In this document: in pieces, positions 37,401 to 49,300 of the stretch | How positions within the stretch are numbered: the stretch's first letter is position 1 | How the letters are laid out: each line of letters starts with the position of its first letter | Origin: Octopus bimaculoides | Lineage: Eukaryota | Length of the DNA: 64,000 bases | Reading direction: 5' to 3' | NCBI RefSeq assembly: GCF_001194135.2 | Contig: NC_068983.1 | Location: 60,277,872 to 60,341,871, forward strand | Program-made: the position numbers and the translations under genes | Notes under the pieces: model-generated | The model's database searches: none | What the model was told of the DNA's origin: nothing | Seen by the model: only the letters and a program-made list of their open reading frames with translations

Positions 37401-40400
37401 TTGGTTTTAGTTTCAATCCCACTGCACAGCACCTTGGCCAAGCATCTTCTACTCTAGTCACTGTCCAACCAATACCTTAATGGATTTGGTAAATGGAAAT
37501 TGTGTGGAAGCCCATCAAGCATGTGTGTGTCTTTGTGCCAGTGTTTATGTTTGTCCTCCCCATATCACCACCTCCATCTGACAAGCAGTGTGGGTTTGTT
37601 TATATCCCTGTGACTTAGCAGTTCTGCAAAAGAAACTGATAGAATGAGTTCCAGGCTTAAAAATAAGTATTAGGGTAGGGGTCAGGGGTCAGTCTGTTCA
37701 AATAGGTGATGCCCCAGCATGGCCATAGTCCAATGGCTGAAACAAGTAAAAGACCTAATCAGGAAGGAAATGTTGTGTCTATGATGTTTGTTCTCTGACC
37801 ATGACTATTGAAATCAAGGCAGTTGATGTTCTGTTCTGCTCCATAAAGCAGCGCACTGCCAGAATCGTTAGTACACCAGACAAAGTTCTTAGCAGCATTT
37901 CATCCATCTTTACATTCTGAGTTCAAATTCTGCCAAGGTTGACTTTGCCTTTCATCTTTTCAGGATTGATAAAATAAGTACCAGTTGAACACTGGAGTTT
38001 ATCTGATCGACTTACCCTGCCCTTAAAATTTCTGGTTTTGTACCAAAATTTGAAACCAATATCTGCTACTCTATGTCCGCTGGAGAAACAGAAGGTTGAC
38101 ATCTTTCACCCTTTTGTTATCAACCCGGTTGAAACCAGCTCTGGCTCTGTAGTACAAATATTTTGTTTTCATAAGTTTTGGATTAAAATTTTCTGCCAAA
38201 CCTTAGTCACAATTTATGCTCCTAACACTAGCTGAATGATAACGAAGTTATTTTATTAAAAATTCTTTGTTATATTTAAAGTAATTGAAAGAAACACAGA
38301 GCATCTCAATAGAAATATGGTAACGAAAGGGTTAAAAGAAGGTTTGTGAATAATGGCTGGTGCAGTGTCATTCGTTTCCATGGATGCAAGTGTGGGTTGG
38401 TGACAGGAAAGGCATCCAACCCATGTGAGTGTGAAATAATGTGGATGTTAAGGCTGTGTGTGTGTGTTGACAACCAGTGTTAGTTTGTTTACATCCATGT
38501 AACTTAGCTGTTTGGCAAAAGAGACCAATAGAATAAGTACCAGATTTTTTAAAAATGTTCTGGGGTCGATTTGTTTGATTAAAGCCATTGAGGCAGTGCT
38601 CCAGCATAGCCACGGACCAATGAATGATACAAAAGATAAGACGCTTCCGATATTGTTCCATTCATTTCCCCTCACCCATTTCTGTTTACAGTTGTCAATC
38701 CTGACTGTGTTCCGTGTAAAGTGGAAATGGAAGGAAATCGACCAAGTCCTGAAGATTTTAAGAAATATCTACCATGGTTTTTGGATGCCATACCCAGTGT
38801 GCAATGTTCGAAAGGGTGAGTTAGTTTTCTGTAACATCTAGCTTTCAATTAAAGTTAAAACAAGTACAAAGATAAATTTTTTTCAACGCGTAAATACTGA
38901 ACAGTATATCATTGCCAGTGCCGATGGACTGGCTCCTGTACAGGTGATACGTAAAATACACCAATTCGAGCGTGGTCGTGGATCGTTACCAACGTTGCCT
39001 TCCTGGCACGTGAAAAGACATTCGAGCAAGATCGTTGCCAGTGCCCCTGGACTGGCCCTTATGCAGGTGGCATGTAAAATACACCATTTTGAGTGTGGCT
39101 GTTGCCAGTACCTGCCTGACTGGCCCTCGTGCCGGTGGCACGTAAAAGCACCCACTACACTCTCGGAGTGGTTGGCGTTAGGAAGGGCATCCAACTGTAG
39201 AAACTCTACCAAATCAGATTGGAGCTTGGTGTCGCCTCCTGGTCCACCAGTCCTCAGTCAAATCGTCCAACCCATGCTAGCATGGAAAGCGGACGTTAAA
39301 CGATGATGATAAAACCCTTTTAAGAGCAGTTGCTGGCAAATTTTTCTGCTCTTAAAAGGATTTTATCCTTTATANNNNNNNNNNCGAGCAAGATCGTTGC
39401 CAGTGCCCCTGGACTGGCCCTTATGCAGGTGGCATGTAAAATACACCATTTTGAGTGTGGCTGTTGCCAGTACCTGCCTGACTGGCCCTCGTGCCGGTGG
39501 CACGTAAAAGCACCCACTACACTCTCGGAGTGGTTGGCGTTAGGAAGGGCATCCAACTGTAGAAACTCTACCAAATCAGATTGGAGCTTGGTGTCGCCTC
39601 CTGGTCCACCAGTCCTCAGTCAAATCGTCCAACCCATGCTAGCATGGAAAGCGGACGTTAAACGATGATGATAAAACCCTTTTAAGAGCAGTTGCTGGCA
39701 AATTTTTCTGCTCTTAAAAGGATTTTATCCTTTATATATATACTGTTCAGTATTTATGTGTTGAAAAAAATATATCTTTCTACTTGTTCTACAATACATT
39801 TCAATGCTTCAAAAGCAAACTTATTTTTGTTTAGATATGACGTAAAGTTAAAACAATTTTAGAAAAGCCATCTGTGTATCATCAGTATTAGTCTTTATGA
39901 CAAATAAGAGTGTTGTAGTTTGCTTGAAGCATTGTAGTACAGAAGTGGAATAATAAATGAAAAGAGAAATGAAGAAAGCTTCTAAGAATGCAGAGACAAA
40001 AGTTGAAAAAACCTCACCTGAAATATTTAACCCTTTCAATACCAACCCGGATGAAACCTACTCTGGCTCTGAGTACAAATGTCTTGTTTCCATAAGTTTT
40101 GAATTAAAATCTTCCACCAAACCTTAGTCACAATTTATGTTCCTAACACTAACTTAATGATAACTAAGTTATTTTACTAAATTCTTTGTTATATTTAAAA
40201 ATAATTGAAAGAAACACAGAGCATCTCAACAGAAATATGATAACAAAAGGTTTAAAGGTTTTTCAACTCTTATCTCTGCATTGTTAGAAGCTTTCCTCAT
40301 TTCTCTTTTCAAATAAAAGCAATTTTTCTTATTAATATTATAAGGCAGTGAGCTGGCAGAACCATTAGCCTTGTCAAATAAAATACTTAGTGGTATTTGT

Positions 40401-43400
40401 TTGGCTTTACATTCTGAGTTCAAATTCCACCAAGGTCGACTTTTGCTTTTCTTCCTTCTAGGATCAATAAAATATGTACCAATCAAGTACTGGAGGTTGA
40501 TTTAATCAACTAGTTTCCTCTCCCAGAATTTCAGACCTTGTGCTTATAAGAATTAGCATTAATATTAGAAGACAGCAAGGCAGTGAGCTGGCAGAATCAT
40601 GAGCACACCAGGCAGAATGCTTAGCAACATTCCATCTGTCTTTATGTTCTGAGTTCAAATTTCACTGAGGAATGAAACAAGTACCAGTTGTGTACTGAGA
40701 TCAGTGTAATCAACTAACCCCTACACACACACACACACACACCAAAAGGCTTGCCTTGTGCCAAAATTTGAAACTAATATTATAAGACAGTGATCTGGTA
40801 GAATCATTAGTGCATCAGATGAAATGCTTGATGACTTCCCTTCCAGCTCTTTATTTTCTGTATTCAAATGCCATCAAGGGTCAACTTTCAGGCTGGATAA
40901 ATAAAGCACAAATTGAACCCTGGGGTCAATGCAATCGACTTACTGCTTCCCTCTAAAATTTCTGACCTTATGCCAAAATTCAAAACCATTATTAATTAAT
41001 ATTATATATTTAAGGCAGCGAGCTGGCAGAAATGTTAGCACACCGAGCGAAATGCTTAGTTATGTTCTGAGTTCAAATTCCGCCGAGGTCAACTTTGCCT
41101 TTTATCCATTCGGGGTCGATTAAATAAGTACCAGTTACACACTGGGGTTGATGCAATCGACTTAATCCCTTTGTCTGTCCTTGTTTGCCCCCTCTATGTT
41201 TAGCCCCCCCACCCTGTGGGCAATAAAGAAATAAACAAATATTAAAAAAATTTTTTTTTTTATGTAATTTTATACTAATCTAGGATGTATTTTCAAATTT
41301 ATTTTCCAGAGGTCATGGTGCATATGCTACTGCTCTCAAGTTTAACAAAAATAAAACCGGAGTATTGTGTAAGTTGAATATGATTTGTCCAATTCAGTCC
41401 AAATCAACCCTTTTGATACCAACTCATCTCAGACTATCATCCCTGGTTCTATAGTACAAATTCCCTGTTTAACCTTTTAACCCCTTAACGTTTAAACCAG
41501 ACACATCCAGCCCAAATATTCTACCTGTTTTACATTCAAATCAGTCACATCTGGCCTAGAATGCCGTCCATCCTCATCATCAGCATCACCATCATTTAAC
41601 GTCTGCTTTCCATGCTGGTATGGGTTAGATGGTTTGACTGCAACTGGTAAATCAGAGAGCTGCACCAGGCTCCAGTCTGATCTTAGCTTGGTTTCAGTGG
41701 CTGGATGTCCTTACTAACACCAATCACTCCAAGTGTGTAGTGGGGTCCTTTTACATCTCACTGGCATGGATGCTTTTCCGTGTCACCAGCACAGGTGCTT
41801 TTATGAGGCACCGGCACTTTTATGAGGCACCGGCACAGATGCCGTTATGTGTCACTGGCAACAGCCAGCTAAAATAAATGATCACATCGTCAAAATCTCA
41901 AAACTATGAGATAATGCATGATTAATAGTGCCGATGGACTGGCTCCTGTGCAGGTGGCACATAAAATACACCATTTCGCGCGTGGCCGTTGCCAGTACCG
42001 CTCGACTGGCCTTCATGCTGGTGGCACATAAAAGCACCCACTACACTCTCAGAGTGGTTGATGTTAGAAAGGGCATCCAGCTGTAGAAACTCTGCCAGAT
42101 TAGATTGGAGCCTGGTGTAGCCATCTGGTCTACCAGTCCTCAGTCAAATCGTCCAACCCATGCTAACATGGAAAGCGGACGTTAAACGGCGATGATGATG
42201 ATGATGTGAATAAATAAACATTGCATTTGACAGAGTAATCTAATTGCTAAAGAGTTAAGCTGATCTAAGTCAAAACCTGTCAAAATTTCAAAATCATATT
42301 CCAAACACCAGATTAGTAAAGACAAAGTTATTTTGACAACTTCTTCATTATTTTTCAAATTAATTGAAACGAAAGCATATTTCAACAGAAATATGGTAAG
42401 AGGCTCCATAGAGGCTGGTCTTGGTCTGCATCTGCACCATGGATAACTGGCACTTCATCAGTTACGATGATAAGGGTTTCAGTTGATCTGTTCAACAGAA
42501 CAGCCTGCTCATGAAATTTACATACAAGTGGCTGAGTACTCCACTGACCCACATGCCCCTAACATAATTCTCAGGAAGATTCAGCATGATGCAGAATGTG
42601 ACAAGGCTGGCCCCTTTGAATTACTGGTAAACTCGTTTTTACTAGCTGAGTGGATGGAGCTACGTGAAATGAAGTATCTTGCTCAAGGACACAACATGCG
42701 ACTAGAAATTGAACCTTATGAGCCACATGCTTTCACTTGGTGTTATATACATTTGAGGCATGTGGCTAAGTCATCATCATCATTTAATGACCATTTTCTG
42801 TGCTGGTTTGGTTAGGGATATTCGGCTCATGATTGTAAGGTTCAATTCCCAGTGGTACGTTGTGTCCTGATTACCAGTAGCATGTTGTGTCCTAATTCCC
42901 AGTGGCATGTGTCCTGATTCCCAGTGGCATGCTGTGTCCTGATTACCAGTGGCATGTTGTGTCCTGATTACCAGTGGCATGTTGTGTCCTGATTACCAGT
43001 GGCATGTTGTGTCCTGATTACCAGTGGCATGTTGTGTCCTGATTACCAGTGGCATGTTGTGTCCTGATTACCAGTGGCATGTTGTGTCCTGATTACCAGT
43101 GGCATGTTGTGTCCTGATTACCAGTGGCATGTTGTGTCCTGATTACCAGTGGCATGTTGTGTCCTGATTACCAGTGGCATGCTGTGTCCTAATTCCCAGT
43201 GGCATGCTGTGTCCTAATCCCTTGTGGCATGCTGTGTCCTAATCCCTTGTGGCATGCTGTGTCCTAATTCCCAGTGGCATGCCGTGTCCTAATTCCCAGT
43301 GGCATGCCGTGTCCTAATTCCCAGTGGCATGTCGTGTCCTAATTCCCAGTGGCATGTCGTGTCCTAATTCCCAGTGGCATGTCGTGTCCTAATTCCCAGT

Positions 43401-46281
43401 GGCATGTCGTGTCCTAATTCCCAGTGGNNNNNNNNNNNNNNNNNNNNNNNNNNNNNNNNNNNNNNNNNNNNNNNNNNNNNNNNNNNNNNNNNNNNNNNNN
43501 NNNNNNNNNNNNNNNNNNNNNNNNNNNNNNNNNNNNNNNNNNNNNNNNNNNNNNNNNNNNNNNNNNNNNNNNNNNNNNNNNNNNNNNNNNNNNNNNNNNN
43601 NNNNNNNNNNNNNNNNNNNNNNNNNNNNNNNNNNNNNNNNNNNNNNNNNNNNNNNNNNNNNNGTGGCATGTCGTGTCCTAATTCCCAGTGGCATGTCGTG
43701 TCCTAATTCCCAGTGGCATGTCGTGTCCTAATTCCCAGTGGCATGTCGTGTCCTAATTCCCAGTGGCATGTCGTGTCCTAATTCCCTGTGGCATGTCGTG
43801 TCCTGATTATAGAGTATAAATCCAAAGGCAGAATAAAATTGGAGATTCAGTTATAAATTCCTTTTAATTATCACTTAATCTATTACATAATCTTTACATG
43901 TGTTTCACCACAGATGCACATTTTCAAGGAAACAGAAGGAACACTGTTTCATATTCAAACTTGGTACCGAAAGTTGTAAACGAACGCTTTTCATTCTACT
44001 TCAGTACCTTCTCTTAGTTTATTAAACCCTTTCTTATCCTTCAACTCTTCTCTTACCTCATCTTTTTCCCTTAACCTTCTTAACTTCACCCACTCCTCCC
44101 ACTTGTCTTTCCTTCTTCCTCTCCCACTCGGTTACTGTCTCCCATTATTTTCTCTCCCGTCAACTTTTTCATCTCCTCCTCCTCCCCTACCACCACCACC
44201 ACAGCAAGTTCATTCTACTCTTAATGTCTAAGCTGTAGTTGCTATAAGAATTAGTTGTACTTGCTATAAGAATTAGTTGTACTCTTCTTTACTGAATATA
44301 ATTCGTTGAAGTGTATTTCCAGCTTCCAAAAGTTAGCTTATACTATTCAATATTTTTGAGATGAGGAATTATGTACATTATTTATAATGGACAGATAGGT
44401 GTCCTCATCTTGTTGTTATCACAACATAGTGGATAAAAGCATGGGCTACTAACCCTCGGATTCTAAGTTCAATCCCAGGCAGAGACTTGAAAAATAATAT
44501 CAACAGAAAAATAACATCAGCAACATACCTTAGGATGTACCCCATTAGTCAAATAAAGGGTTGGGTTCGAAATTCCACCAGAACACCTGATGAAAGCTGG
44601 AGAATACATCAGCCGAAACATTATGGTAACAACAAACAAGGTGAGGACACCTGTCCATCCTTTGTAAATAATGTAAAAGTTAGCTTATATTTGAAATTTT
44701 GTCTTCATCAGCCTCCTCATCATTTAATGACTACCTGTCATACTGCATGAGTTGAATGGTTTGATAGTGTAAAAAGCACTGGTGATGGTGCTATGTAAAA
44801 TGCACTGGTGCCAGTACTGCATAAAAAGCACCCAGTACATTCTAGGAAGGGTATCCAGCCATTGAAACCATGCCAAAACAGAGAATTGGGTCCTGGTGCA
44901 GCTCCTGGCCTTGCCATCTCTTGTCAAACCATCCAACCCATGCCAGCATGAAAAGCAGACATTAAATGATGATGATGAAGTTTTCTTCTGATTTTTATTT
45001 TTTTACAGATTCCACCTTTTAAGATAAAAAGTAATTTTTGTTTCAAATATTTTTGTTTTTCCAGCTTCCTATTTCATGTCATTCCATACGGTGTTGAAGA
45101 CTTCCACTGATTATATTGATGCTTATAAACACGCTCGAATAATTGCTCAGAATATTACAAAGTCAATGAATTCTAGCGGGGAATACAAAATTTTCCCTTA
45201 CAGGTAAGTTAAATTTAATTGGGAAGAAGAAAATAACTTGATATTTTTCCTTATTTATTTTTCTGTCATATTTTAACTGCAGGCATGGCTCTGTGGTTAA
45301 GAAACCTGTTTCCTAACCACATAGTTTCAAATTCAGTCTCCCTGTGTGGCACCTTGGACAAATGTCTTCTTCTATAACCCCAAGCTGACCAAATTCTTGT
45401 GAATGGATTTGGTAGGTGGAAAGATTTAAAGAAGAATGTTGCGGTCGAGAAGGTGAATCTCAGTGACCTTTTTGTGTGCACAGTTTGTGACAGACCATGC
45501 CTTTCTTTTGCCAGGCTCAAATCTCATTTGTGGACCCATGAAAAACAAATCTCCACCAACTATTCTGCCTATATGTCTAAGGCAGTGAGCTGGCAGAAAT
45601 GTTAGCATGCCAGGCGAAATGCTTAGTGGTATTTTGTCTGTCATTATGTCCTGAGTTCAAATTCCACCGGGGTCGATAAATTAAGTACCAGTTGTGTACT
45701 GGGATCGATTTAATCAACTGGCGCAAAAATTTGGGGCCTTGTGCCTAGAATAGAAAAGAGTATATATCTGTGCACACCTTTCAATGTTGAGTATGCCATA
45801 AGGTTTGCAAATCTAATGGAAGCCCCAAAAGACATTTTAAGACCCACAAAGATCAGAACTTAACTGCTGCTCTTGGTGGTCCAAATCAGATATGCAATGT
45901 ATGTGGGTGTCTTTTCAAAACATTGTCTGGTTTTAAAAGCTACATCAGATGCCATGATGGATCTAAGGTGTCAGTACAAGATGGATCACAAGAGGTGGTC
46001 AGACTCTGCATAAGGAGGAGACAACCACTGTGTGCATATATAATCTTTTCCCTTGTTTCAGTCATCAGACCACGGCTATGCTGGAGCACCACCTTGGAGA
46101 ATTTTTAGTCAAATGCTTTTTTGTTTTGTTTTTAAAGCCTGGTACTTACTCTATCAGAGCCTTTTGCCAAACCGCTAAGTTATGGGGGCGTAAACACACC
46201 AACACTGTTTGTGAAGTGGTAGTAGGGGACAAACACAGACACTAAGGCACGTGCACACACACACGCATACATATATATATA

Positions 46282-46315
<34 letters not shown>

Positions 46316-49300
46316 ACAGGTTTCTTTCAGTTTCTATCTACCAGAACCACTTGGATGACTTTGGTTGACCTGAGGCTATAGTAGAAGACACTTACCCAAG
46401 GTGCCATGCAGATCAACTGAACCTGCAACCATGTTGTTGGGAAGCAAGCTTCTTACCACACAGCCATACCTGCATCTGTAACCATGTAGAGGCTCCTTCA
46501 ATGGCTCAGAGGTTCTGCACTTGGCTGCTTGTGGTGGTGTTTTTCAATCCCATAATACATTAGATCACTGGGACAATACTGAGGCTGTCTATTCATCATA
46601 GACTTTAAGATCTGCAAGTTTACCAATTATACTGAGCTGTTACTACTTCCTATGGTGAACTTGGTGCCTATTTACAGCCAGCTGGCCTGAGTCAGAGAGA
46701 GATGAAGTAACTTTTTACTTTGTTCACTGCACAGTGCCAGTGATGAGACACATACTAGTGACTCTTCAACTGTAAGACCAGCGCTCTACCGAGTCAACCA
46801 AGCTGAAATAGAAACTGTTGTATTGTTTTGGTTGGTGTTTGGATCCAAGTGAACAACCCTGATCTTGGATCAAAGCTGTCCAAGTTCTGACCATTATCAT
46901 CATCATCATTATCATTGCATCATCATTGTCATCATCATTGTTGTCATCCTCATTTCAGTGTCTGTTTTTTTCATGCTGGCATGGCATGGATGAGTTGTCA
47001 CAACCTGAATCGGATTTTATTTATTGTTACAGCCAGGACCATCTTAACAGTATTATAGGCCCCTAGGTAAATCAGTCCACTGGGCCCAATAGTATTTATA
47101 CATTGACCACAAGCTACCTGCACACTTAGATTAGAATTGGGTCCTTAAACTTGAAGGATCTTGGGTAACTACCCAGTGTGCCCATACCTTAAGATGGCAC
47201 TGGTTACTGCTGCCCTACGTAGGTTAGAGAAGAGCATCTCGTTAATCAAGGGTACTTTCTAAATTTGTGGTTTGGGATCCCAAACTAGAAATTATTATTA
47301 CTTTGCATAAGTAATGGCAAAGAATTGTAATCACTCGTCTTTGTGTGTTTGCGAAATTACTGGAAAACGGCTGAACAGATTTTCACCAAATTTGGCAGAA
47401 ATACTCATTAGGTGAGTGGCTCGAAACGATGAAAATTTGGTTTGATTATCTTCAAACATACATAAATATATACATAGATATGCAGCTCTATGTGCATGTA
47501 TGTGTGTGCACAGTGATAGATTTGAGGGTTTTGTTTATTTACGAGTTGATTTCTTAATTTCACAGGAGTATAAATACCTATAATGTTGGTAATTAAAAAA
47601 AAAATCGCCTATAAGCAAGTAGTCATATTATTTATATCCTACAACAACTACACCATGTTTGATTCGCCTGCCATCACTAAAAGACGTTGATATGCAATAT
47701 TTTCTAGAAATATTTAATTTTGTTCACTTTCTTTTTCATATGAATCAACCCTCGTCTGCATGTGTATAAATCATGGTGTACCTATGTGCATAGACACATG
47801 TGGGCACATGCATACATAAATATATACATACATAGATATGCAACTGTGTGTGTGTACAGTGATGGATTCAAGGGTTTCGTTTATTTACAAGTTGATTTCT
47901 TAATTTCACCATTCTTAGGCTTCTAATCCTCTTTTAGTCAAACAAAACCATATTCAGTTCAATTAAAAAGCATCGGTAAGCAACACATTGTAAACCACAC
48001 TAGAATTTGCGAAAAAATTCATCTGCACGCAGGATATGCATCGCCCCTCCGATGCTTTTTCTTTTTCATTATTGTTGTTATTGTTGTTAAGGCAGTGAGT
48101 TGAAGAATTGTTAGCATGCTGGGCAAAATGTTTAGCAACACTTCATCTGTCTTTACTTCTGAGCTAAAGTCAACTTTACCTTTCCTCCTTTTAGAGTCAA
48201 TTACATAAGTACCAATTGTGCACTGGGTTCAATGTAATCGACTTAACCCCTCCCCGGAAATTGTTGGCCTTGTGCCAGAATTTGAAAGCAGTGTTGTTGT
48301 TGTTGTTGTTTTTGATTGACTATCAAAGAAATTTTGTTTTATTTCCAGTGTCTTCTATGTGTTCTACGAGCAGTATCTGTCAATTGTAAACGACTCCATC
48401 TTCAACATTGGAATGTGTTGTGCATCTATCTTTGTCATGACAGTCATTCTGATGGGATTTGACTTCCATACTTCAATCCTTGTAGTTTTTACCATTCTTA
48501 TGATATTGGTCGATATGTTAGGAATGATGTACCTTTGGGATATACAGCTCAATGCCCTTTCACTTGTTAATCTTGTCATGGTAAGTTAATATGTTGTTGT
48601 TTTTTTTATATATTTACTTAATTACTTTACATACATTCTAATTACTTTCACTAACTTATTAACATAACAGAAAAACTCATCATTATCATTGTTTAACGTC
48701 CGCTTTCCATGCTAGCATGGGTTGGACGATTTCACTGAGGACTGGTGAACCGGATGGCTACACCAGGCTCCAATCTGATTTGGCAGAGTTTCTACAGCTG
48801 AATGCCCTTCCTAACGCCAACCACTCCGAGAGTGTAGTGGGTGCTTTTATGTGCCACCGGCATGAAGGCCAGTCAGGTGGTACTGGCAACGGCCACGCTC
48901 AAAATGGTGTATTTTACGTGCCACCTACACAGGAGCCAATCAGTGGTGTTAAATTTATAAAAAACATAATTCAATTGAGTTATGTAGTTTATGTAATATA
49001 CAAACTTTGGGTTAGTTAAAATGTTTGTGACATATTTTGACTTCTAAAGGTAAATTCATTGCAGTTACCATGGAGAAAAAGTTCTCTCCTATAGAAAAAT
49101 GTGTAAAAACATCATACCTGCCCAGTGTTGCCCCCTGTCAGATTCCCAGAAAACCGTGTTTCTGGCTTTTTAGCCTTCCTCAATAAGACTGAAGGGAAAT
49201 AACCCTGAGTAGATTCAAAAAGCGGTCAACATCAGTGAGTGAGATGTGCTATTGGACTGCTTGGTTGAGATAAGAATAGCAGCATTAATGTAAATGTGTC

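Noticed and set aside
39023-39736. Exact 352-bp direct duplication (39023-39374 and 39385-39736)
   Set aside because: The copies are separated only by a 10-N gap, so this is most likely an unmerged contig overlap.
42844-43809. Regular 25-bp repeats resembling a CRISPR array
   Set aside because: No unique spacers, no cas genes, and a eukaryotic context; it is a tandem minisatellite.
48364-48579. Antisense ORFs over NPC1 and MFS exons (also 61674-61871, 61740-61955)
   Set aside because: Shadow frames of hydrophobic coding sequence with no independent support.
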